Below, one piece after another: positions 1-10,600 of a DNA stretch of 64,000 bases. The first letter of the stretch is position 1. Each line of letters starts with the position of its first letter. The stretch is from Podarcis pityusensis (taxonomy: Eukaryota): assembly GCA_964106645.2 (NCBI GenBank), contig OZ067053.1. One strand, 5' to 3'. The notes below the pieces were generated by a model. The model worked only from the letters and a program-made list of their open reading frames with translations. It was not told the DNA's origin and did not search any database. The position numbers and the translations under genes were made by a program.

Positions 1-70
1 AGTTAATAAGTTTCAGGTTAAGAACGGACCTCCAGAATGAATTATGTTCGTAACTAGAGGTACCACTGTA
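1..70. mobile_element. End of Tc1/mariner-pogo MITE
   Basis: TIR GAGGTACCACTG plus TA, same family as 32026-32251. Confidence 0.7.
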
Positions 71-879
71 AAGCCCTAAACTATCTGGGACTCTCGATAC
101 CTACAAGAACACCTTTCTATATATTGAGTAGCCAATGCAGTGCTCCCACCCAGATGTTGGAACTCTCAGGTCAACACTCAGGTCCCATCACCCTCAGCCA
201 GTGTGGCCAATAGGGATGATAGGATTTATTTTATTTTGTTTGTTTATTGGATTTATATACTGCCTTTCTACCAAGGCAGCCAAGGCAGTTTACAATTTTA
301 AAACAATAAAACAAATAAATAAAATGTTCAGGGGCATATGACAGGGTATTTCCTGTAGTGGTTTCCGGACTCTGGAGCTCCTTCCTTTGGGGAAATGCAA
401 CCCCCACAGTGGGTAGTTTTAAGGAACAAGGAAAGTCCCACCACCACACCTTTTATTCACCATGTGTTTGGCGAAACTATTTTTTATTCTTCTCTTTTAC
501 TCTGCACATCATGGAACTCTATAGGTGATTTTATAGTTTATCCGTATATCCTTTTGATATATCATACACAGAGACATGCATGTCATTTCTGTAAGCTGCC
601 TTGGGCTCCATATTGAAGGAAATGTGAGCTCTAAGTCTTAACTAATAAATAATATAAATAAATAAATAATAAATCAAGCACCCAGGGCAGCAGATCCCAA
701 GCTGCTTTCTGCTTCCTCCCGGACTACACTGCTGTTCGAAGATATTCTCTCCCTCCAGCCTACATTTTACATTGGCATGCCTTTTACAATCTCGAAAAAC
801 TCAACAAAACAACCACAGACGTTTCACAGGAGCGTAAAAGCGCAGGGGCCTCCCGTTTGTGTTTTATCTTTGCCCCAGC

Positions 880-1650
880 CCTGTTTGCTCGGTAGCTGCT
901 GCCCAACCACAGCTGCGCGCCAAAAAAAAAATGAGATTCCTCCATTCATCCCTACGACGAGCGCCGCTCCCTCTCTCCGCGACTGTAGGTAAAAGGGTGA
1001 ACCGAAGGAGTCGTCTTCCTTCTCCTTTTAAACGAGCCGGAAGTAGAACTCCGGATGCGGAAAGCTCTAGCCGCGGCACCTCTATGGTCACAAAGCCGAG
1101 CGTTGAGGGCGCGCCTGACGTGCTCGCGTACTATAATCACCGGAGGGCGGGAGCGCGTCCGTTTCGGGCATGCGCACTGCGGCGCGTGGGGCCCCCCTCA
1201 GTTGGATGAAAAATACTTCGTGAGGGAAAGAGCAGAGGGAGCAACTGGCTTGGCTTTCCAACCGACTCGAGAGCGGATTTATCATCGCCGCCGTCATTCT
1301 TGCTGCTACTGCTGCTATTCGAGCGAGAGGCGAGGTGCCTGTACCTGTCCGAGTCCTTGCCTCTCTCTCGGCCTCATCCTGCTCTCGAGGAAGCGCCGAC
1401 GCTCCCTCAGGGCCGCTTCCCTCGATGGCCGACGGAGGAAAAGGAGGCTACAGCGGTGAGGAGAGGGACGGGGGCGGGGGGCTCTTGAGCAGCGGGGGGG
1501 GGTCAGGTCAGGGGGGGTCTTCGCTGGCGTGAGGGGTGGGAACCGGGCCGAAGCCGAGAGGGTACTTTAAAGACACGGGTAGCCCAACGTGTTGCGCCTC
1601 CGGGTCCCGGCCCGCGTCGCTAGCGAGGAGCCCGGCAGCGCCTGGAGAGC
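880..1650 (+). promoter_or_regulatory. CpG-island promoter of NXF1
   Basis: High CpG density around exon 1; ETS CCGGAAGT 1037-1044; NRF1-like GCATGCGCA 1168-1176. Confidence 0.75.
1425..1455 (+). CDS. NXF1: NXF1 coding exon 1 ([10 protein letters not shown])
   Basis: ATG 1425 in CpG island; donor gtgagg at 1456. Confidence 0.9.
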
Positions 1651-4600
1651 TGTTCTAGGGCACGAGCCAACTCCTAGGGGCCGAGGTCCCTTCGGCTCCC
1701 CCAATGAGATACTTGAAGGGTCCGCCTCCCGCTAACGCCCCCCTCCCCCCGAAATTGATGGGCAATGTCATTCACACGGCGCGTGTGCGCCTCGTGATCG
1801 ATTGTGTGAGGCATGGCTTACCTGTCCGTCCCTCCCCCCCCCCATATTTTATTCAAGTTGGCACCCCTGCTCTAGGGAGTCAGGAACCTTTTTTTGGGGG
1901 GGGCGACTATGTGGGCCACTGGCAGTCCTGTGGAAGGAGGGATGGAAGACGAGGAAGGGTGGGTCGGGTTTGTGGACAGTGGGCCGGGATGGGAGGGGGG
2001 AGGAGCAGGAGGGTGGGGGCAATTAAGGCAGGGAATGCTCTAGGGCCGAAGGAGAGAGGAGGTGAAGACAGTGGCTCTTGGGGGGGGCGAGGGGGGTATG
2101 GAGGAAGGTGTTATGGGGAACCTTAGGCGGGGTAGAGGTTCCTTTTTGATAAAAGGATAAGGAGCTTGAAGGCTTGAGAGTCAGCTCTTTTTGTGTCTAT
2201 AGTACTGTCAGTGTGACACACACACACATGTATCACTGACAGGGGTAGGAGAACCTGATTTTGTACAAAAATGAAGCAGAGTGGCAGGGGCAGCTCCTTG
2301 GAGAGGGATAACTAAGAAGAATATTTGGATAGAGTTAAAGAGCACGGAGACAGGAATCCCACTATTTCAGGTCCTTGGGGGAAGCTGAAGGGAGGCAATG
2401 GTGGTGGTGGATAGGGAATGGAGACTTGTTAAGAGGCAGTGAATGGGAAGGTGTGTCCTAGTTCATGATATTCTCAAGTTGTCTGTGGAGAACTCAGAAG
2501 CATGAGGGCACCTTGCTGAATTTTGTAGGGAGCACAGAGTGTAGAAGAAGGCAATTGATGGCCCAAGGGTAGTCAGTGTGGTGTTCTGCAGACATTGTTG
2601 GGAATGCAGCTCCCTTCAGCACCAGTCAGCATGGTCAGTGGTTCAGGGATGATGAGAACTGGAATCCAACAATGTCTGGAAGGTGTCGTGTTGGCTATCC
2701 CTGCTCTAGTTTGCTTTTTGAGACTTACCTGGTGTGATTGTTTCTCTGAATACTTTGCTTGACAGCCTTCTGACACTTCAGTTTTTTGCCCTTACATAGA
2801 ACATGATGACCGTGTGGGTGGAGGTGGTGGCAACAGGGGCTTCCCAGGGAGGAGGCGAAAAGGTCGAGGCCCCTTCCGAGGAAAGATGTACAGTGAGATG
2901 AACCATCACCCGCGGAACTGGAGCAGCGCTGGCCCCAGTCCTCGTAGCCGACTTGAAGAGGAGGATGGAGATGTTCTCATGAGTGACCCTCATGATGTGC
3001 TGCGATCCCGCTAGTAAGTAAAGTGTTCTCTTGGGTGGACATAAACATACTTTAGTTTGTAGGCATGCTGCTGTTGCTCAGCCTCGGTTACCCCATCTGT
3101 CAAATGGGAACAGCGACTTATATCAGAAGACTGTAATAAGATAGGCATTATGAGTTGTATCAGCTAAGTTCCACTCAGTGTAGGCCCAATGAAATCAATG
3201 GATACTGCTAATTTAAGTCCATTGGTTTCAGTGGGTCTACTCTGAGTGGAACTTAGTTGGATACAACCCTAAGTGGGGGCGGGGGGAAGAACCACCTTAT
3301 GTGCAGAATGACACTTCACCACCATTTTCCTGTAAGGTCTGAAGCACTTTTGAATCCTGTACTGGATATATAGTTTTCAGCAAAGAGAATATTCATTCCT
3401 TTTTCTTCGGAAGTACACTGGGGCGAAAAGTGTAATTCTCAAAAAGAATAGATGTTCCCTATTAAGGACACTTTTTAAAAAGTGTTTTTTTGTTTGTTTG
3501 TTTTTTGTTTTTTTGCTAGTGAACCATTTAAGTGTGTGAATTTCATAAGATCTCCAGCCAACCCCATAGAAAGGTTTTTGTAGCAAGTCTAGGAAAAATA
3601 AGGGGACCATTTCTTAGGGCATCACTTGGTTAAAGGCAGGATGTGAATAAGGTCAAGGAGCTGGTATTAACGAAGATCAGAATGGTAAAAGCCTGTGACC
3701 TGCTCTGTTTTTAATGCTCTAGTTTACAGGCCCTCACACACCCTAGTTTAAAAAAAAGCATAGAAGGTGGAGCTCTTTGAAGGGATGTGAACCTTTCTTG
3801 CCTAACCAGGTACAGGTTCTCTGCTGTGGGGAGGGACTCTGTGCACATTTCCTGCACCTACAAAGATGGAAAATTGAGGTCATCTGAATCATTCCTCAGC
3901 ATAGCACTTAACTGGCTGCAACCAGATGAAGAATCTGTGAAGTAAATAATAATAATAATCAGGGAACCGATAATTGAATGTATTCATCGTTTGGAAAAAG
4001 GGCTAGAATCACAAGTTACCTAGTTCATTGAGTAAAGTTAAGTTGCGGGTATAATTACCATTTAAATGTCTGATTAGTTCTGTAACATTTTTTTTGGGGG
4101 GGGGGGACCAAATGCTTTTTATTACTGCTTTGTCCATAGAAACAAACCAGCGAAGTAGAATAATTTGAGTGTTTGATCCAGACTCCTTTCTGGGCAAGGT
4201 TTCTCATATCTTAATTTGACACTCTGCTACACTCCATACTGAAATCTTGTTTTCTACTCCTCAGCACTCCTTACGGTCGTCCAAACAGAGATCGGGATCG
4301 GGGAGGTCTAAGCAATATAAGCCTCACAGTGAGACAGAATCTGAGTACCCTAGAGCGGCTTGGCCCCAGAAGCAATGCCCCCAAGAGGAGCTGGTTCAAG
4401 GTTACAGTAAGTCACATGGGGGAGGGGAGGGATTTGGAAGCAGAGCTTGAAGGACCCCTGGCTGTTGTTGGCAGAGGTGCTCTGTTCCTGTAGAGTTGCT
4501 GTTTTGACGGACTCTTGCTTATTCAGTTCCTAAGCAATGCTGCGTGCCATTGGCTAAACTGTTTAGATTCTAAAGGGGAGGGTGGGGCTGGCAAAATGCC

Positions 4601-7600
4601 CTCCTAAGCTAAGAAGAACAGGCCAAGCAGGGGACTGAGAAAACAGCAGACCAGAGGCAATGAGGCCAAGGTAGGAGGTGAGGACTGAATATTGAATGTT
4701 CCAGAAGCATGAGGAGAAAGAAAAGGAGAAGTGGGCAGAAAAGAGCTGTAGAGGTGAGGTTAGCTCTCATGCACACTTTGATCTGAAACAATCAGTCCAA
4801 TCTTTGTGTCAATTCATTGTTAATTGTTTAACAGAGCAGATGGTTTACCTGAATAATTTTCAGACTTGAGTGTGCTGAAAACACAAGGAGCTACCACTTT
4901 TTGAGTTAGGCATGAGAACATTGTTAAGCAGGGTAGAAAGGGAGCTTCCCAGTTTCAGTTCTGCTGGTAATCTGCAGGTCAGTCCTTCCCTACATGGTAG
5001 CTTTGCAGTCCATGTGGTTTGGGAGGGGAAATAGCTAAACCTCACAGGATTGGAGTTGAGAGAATGCTGCCTTCTTGTATAAAAGAAACAAGCAGCACTA
5101 TGGTTTGACTTTGACAACCAAGCCTCTTAACACTGTGTATTTGGGGGTGGAGATTAAATGCATTTATTACTCCAGTTTCTATCTTGCCTTTATGCATATA
5201 ACACCCAAGAAAGCTAACAGTGGGCTGTATCAAATGTTATTCCTGCTCAGAGTAGACACATTGAAATTAACCAACATGACTAACTTAGGCCCATTCATTT
5301 CAGTAGGGTACAATAAATAGAACTTCAGTAGATTCCACCCAGTAATAATACTACAATAACACATTTTAAAACCAATAAGTAAATAGAGCAGATAAAACCT
5401 ATCAAAGATACAAATTGAGGCCACAAACATAATAAGACTAGTCATGATTTTTTTTAAAAAGAAAAGTCAGCTTGACGGGCCAAAGGATAGTTACATAAAA
5501 AAGATTGTGTGACTGTGAAATGACATTAGAGAAGGCCCTTAGGTCATGTCCTTGCATGTACGCCCAAACTGCAAACCCAAGGCTTCAGAAGAAGTGCAAT
5601 TCCATCCAAGACAGCACGAATCCCCATTCCCTGATTTTAAATGAACCAAGTTCTTCACCAGCATCCAGGCCATTAGCAACACTGCACACTGATTCTGAAC
5701 TTGAACAGGTTTTGGGGGGATTTAGATGGAAATGAGAGAGTTAGTCTCATCAGCATGTTCATAGAATCATAGAGTTAGAAGGGACCCCAAGGGTCATCTA
5801 GTCCAGCCCCCTGCAGTGCAGGAATCTCAGCTAAAACATCCATGATAGATAGCCATCCAACCTCTGTTTAAAAACCTCCATGGAAGAGGTGTTGGTGACA
5901 CAGATCCTCCAAACTGCAGAATACCTCCCCCAATGGTTCCATGTAGATGTTTAATAGCATGGGAAATGAGATGGAACCCCAAGAGATGCAATTGACCATC
6001 AACAAGGGCATCAGATAGGATTCACATGGCACCATTTTTTGAAACTGTTGCCCTAAGAAGGACTAGAGCCACCACAAACTTATGTCTCAAAGTCCCATCT
6101 CACCCAGATTGTTCAGAAGGTTGATGCTACTGAAAGCTGCAGAGAGGCTCAGGAGAACAAACCAGGAGGGGTGAGCTCCCTCTTTTTGCCCAAGTTGGAA
6201 ACTGGCCAGAAATTATCCAGTATGTGGGGGATTAAGAAGGAACCCCGCCTTTAAATATCTTAGCACTACCCTCTGTACTTGGTGGAACAGTACTATCTTG
6301 TGACAAGGCATTTGCATCTCCTCACTGGCAGGTTTTATGAGCCAGGAGGAGCAGGGATTGAGCAGTCAGGTCTCACTTCTCCAACAGTCCACGTCCTTGA
6401 GTTGCACATATTGAAATGTATCCAGAGACTGTTTGTACTCACGGGTTTTGCCCTTGTGTACAGTTGATGCTAAATATAGCTTAATGGGATTAGGAACTTC
6501 AGTGAAAGTCATCAACCACTGGATCTAGACATCTTTTCAAATCTTTTCCTGAGCTGATTCTCCAGCTGCAGGCTTTTACATCTGATTTATTTCTCCCAAC
6601 ATGCCCAGTCCAGCCATTCAGTGTATATGCCTGGGTCAGCTGGTTTTGCTAGAGAGCCGATTTGAGGAGATGTCAGAGGGTGATAGGCCAGAGCTAGGAA
6701 TAGAGGAGAAATTTGTGCAGTCTGCATTTTAAAGCGAACTTACCTCATTTGCTGATCCCAGACTTAGCTGTCAATAAGATAACATATTTCTCCAAATTTT
6801 GCTCCACAGTTTTGGTTCAAACATGTGAATCTTTTTGTGGGGGATGATGCATACACAATTCATTTTTGTTAAGCAGGAAAAAGCATTGAAAGTAATAAAC
6901 ATATTTTAGGGGAAGAATGTACACACTTTATACACAATCTACATACAACTTTTTGTGTTACCTTTATCCACAAAAAAACGGGAAGGGATGGGCGTATGAT
7001 TGACATGGAAACGGACACAGAATGGAAATAGGCTGATTTGTGCATCCCTAGCCAAAGCCCTTCAGTCATCCACAATGGACTTCCAGTTCCATAGCCTTTG
7101 CACTTTCCTAAACTGGAAGTCAAAATCTTGCTGCTCCCATTTCACCTATGCCTAGAAACATCTCCCGTTGTTCTCTTTCCAGCTGAATTGTAGCATTTTT
7201 TATCCCATAGCTTACAAAATGGGTGCCTCCCAGGTTTCACATTTCCAGATTAGCCAAAAGCTTTTCTTCCTTCCCCACTGATGCAGTGAAAAATGTCCCC
7301 AACCTACCAATTGGCAAATGGACTTGAGAGCTGGATATTATTACCACATCAAAGCTTTGGTATGGTTCTGCTTCTTGCCTTGATTGGCTTTTTTGCTTTT
7401 CTCCCCCTCAGATTCCCTATGGAAGGAAATATGAAAAGGCCTGGCTGATTAATGCCATTCAGAATTTGTGCAGCGTTCCCTTCACTCCTGTGGAGGTAAG
7501 AGAGGCATACACATGTTCCCTGGGCAAGAATTTTCCTTTCTGTTTTACAGAATTGACAGTCTTGTGATTCCCAAATTGTGTGCTGCAATAGGAGCTGGGG

Positions 7601-10600
7601 TGTTCCTTGAAACCGCCATGTCAGATGCATCCAGCACCCATTGTCATTTGGATCAGGAGGTTGTATGTGGCATTGATTTGATCTTGCCCCCACCCCAGTT
7701 AGTAAATTGCCAATGGTATTCTGATAGAAGTTGCACCAGCAATACTCAGATTATAAGGTGCTGGGCAGGGGCTGCGTTTCCTTGGGTGTGCCCAGTATTG
7801 ATTCTGCTCAGAAAACTTAGCTACTGTTTTTTAGAAATGCCAAGCAAGAATGTTTGGTTAGAACTGGGGAAAAGAGGAGTCAAGGAATGGAGCTTGTGTG
7901 AAGTTCCTCAACTTTCTCCCATAATTCAAGCTCTATACACTAGCATCCCATGCTGCAGCTGACGGGTACAGGGGAATCCCTGAGTCACCACCATTGCTTA
8001 GAATACCCAGTTGCTTCTATAGGCCTTAACCACCTGAGCAGGATGCCAGGAGGCATTTATTGTACTTCTCTGCAATTGAAGGGAGAGGTACTGCTCTCTC
8101 CCCCCCCCCAGAACCAATCAATAAAATGTTAGTCATTTTTGAGCATCTGAGTGAATTGTGCCTTCAATTTTAATCTAGGAAAAAACTTACTGTGTAATTC
8201 AGCAGTTTTGGAAATGCTGGTGCTAGTGAAATAAAAATATCATGAAGGAATGCGGAGACTAGGGGTGGCATGAGTCTGGCATTAGCAGAACGTGTTGGTG
8301 ATGGGGAAGCTTAAAAGATCCAAGCCCTGCACCTTCTGGTCACTCAAAGCTGTGCCCAGAGGCATTACAAGGCACCTTCCATGTTGTATCGTCTTTATTA
8401 ATTATGAAGATCAGCTCCTTTTTTTTTCTAATTAAAGAAGAATGAGCTCTGTCTCACACCAAGACCTTTTCCCCTCTTGCCACAGCTACACTATGCCAAT
8501 AATCGGGTAGTGTTCTATGTGGAAGATGCCTCTGCAGCCAACGCCCTCAAACAGGTGTCTCGAAAGATTGTTGCCCCAGATGGCTACAAGGTTGGTTTGT
8601 TCTTCCTCTGTGGGCCTGGGGCTAGTGGGGGGGGGGAATACATGAGGTTGGAGGGCGATTAGCTATGCCCAGACTAGTGAGGTTGCTTGATCAGTTATAG
8701 CTCTGACCTGCCTCATGTGATCGTCCTTTGCTGACACAGCTTAGATTCAAGCAGTGCCTGCAAAGGAAGAAAGGAAAGAATCAGGAGTGCACTCTTAATT
8801 ATTTCCTTTGAAGTTGTGAGGTCAGGTAATTGAGAGATGGTCAACCTCGCCCATCGGCCAGAGTGGCTCAAAGGGGAGTGGGGGAGCTTAGGATCCAGCC
8901 CACCTGCAAGGTCTTGTTCTCCAGTCCTCTCTACATACATTAAGAAGCCTGGGCAGGGATTAACCTGCACCCATCCAATCTCCAACTGGTATTTCTTTCA
9001 GGTTGTGATACTTTTAAACCCATGCAGTCCACCAACATCTGTCCAGCGTGAATTGAAACCAGAGGAGATTGAGCAGCTGAAGGTGAGTGGAATGTGCCAG
9101 AACTTCAGTACTATTTTCTTGCCATCCACTTGCCAGTCTGCCCTGCATTCCCAGAAGTGGTTTGTGTCTGGTGTTTTTCTCTTTGGGAACCTGACAATGA
9201 TCCTTGATTTTAAACTGTCTCAAGTGGTTAGCAAGTTGGAATGGGAGATGCCATCTGTCTTTAGTGGGAAAACAAGTCCCTGTTCAGGTTGTGAGTATTG
9301 TACAATCTCTTCCTAACTTTGGTTTGGTTTTTTCTTTTGCTTCGGGTACTGAAATTCTGTTCTTCCCCTTAAGCAGGCAGGAATAAGCCTGTCTGAGGCC
9401 TTATCTATCTAATGGAAATTTTCTCTCTCCTTCCAGCTTTGCATGAGTAAAAGATATGATGGTTCCCAGCAGGCCTTGGATCTAAAGAACCTTCACACAG
9501 ATCCAGGTAGGACACTGTACCCACCTTTTCACTGTTGGGACTGCTGTTCTTCTACACACCTAGAACTCTGGTTCCAGCTTCAGGGGCGGAGGTGGGTTTC
9601 TGTTGCAGATTCCAGCTGGCAGTGAAGTGAGATTCATGCTATTTTTTAACTCCCCAGATCTGGTGGCCCAGAACATTGACATGGTGTTGAGTCGCCGAAG
9701 CTGCATGCTAGCTGTGCTGCGGATCATCCAGGAGAACATTCCTGAGGTCATCCATTTCTCTCTCCCTTTCCCTCTCTTCAACCCAGCCTTTTTCTTGCCT
9801 TGGTGCACTCGGGGATTGGTGATTTCTCTGAAATTTCATGCTGAAAAGATTTCAGCTTGCCCTCAAATGAATATGGACCCTTGTAAGTAAGTGGTCCGTA
9901 ATTACAAACCATACACCAAACATCCCAGAAGGGGTGGCGGTATTGGGTTTGTGTTTTTTGTTTATTTGTTCTTGTATTTATCGTGTATTTTGTGTCTTAT
10001 CTTCTATTTTTATGTTGTGAACTGTCCTGATCTACAGATGGAGGGCAGTATACGAATGTAAATAAAGAAATAAAGAAATCTTACTGTAGTTTAATTTATT
10101 TTTTAATGAGGTTTTTTTTTAAAAAAAACCAAAAACTGTCTTGAGGTGACTTGGTGGCAAAAAGCACATCTCTCACTCACACCTCACAAATCCCCCCCCC
10201 CATCTGTCCTTGCAGCTCCTTTCTCTGAACTTGAGTGACAACAAGCTCTATCGCCTGGATGATATGGCTGAGCTGCCCCAGAAGGCTCCCAACCTGAAGA
10301 TCCTCAATTTGTCTTCTAACCAGGTAGGGCTGGATGCTCACTAGCTCAGCCTGAATCTTCCATTGGGTAAAATCTTCACTCTCTTCACTATGCTCTCTTT
10401 CTTTCCCTCCTGGCTCTCTTCAGTTGAAGACAGACCGTGACTTGGACAGGTTAAAAGACTTGAAGCTGGAAGAACTATGGCTGGATGGCAACCTGTTGTG
10501 TGATAGCTTCCGTGACCAGTCTACCTACATCAGGTGAGCAGTAGCCCTGGGGCTGCCTAAGATGTCCTGGAAGGGTGTACCTCCACCTACCCAGAGGGCA

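Noticed and set aside
1206-1223. NXF1 uORF (MKNTS*)
   Set aside because: TSS unknown and may lie downstream; no other support.
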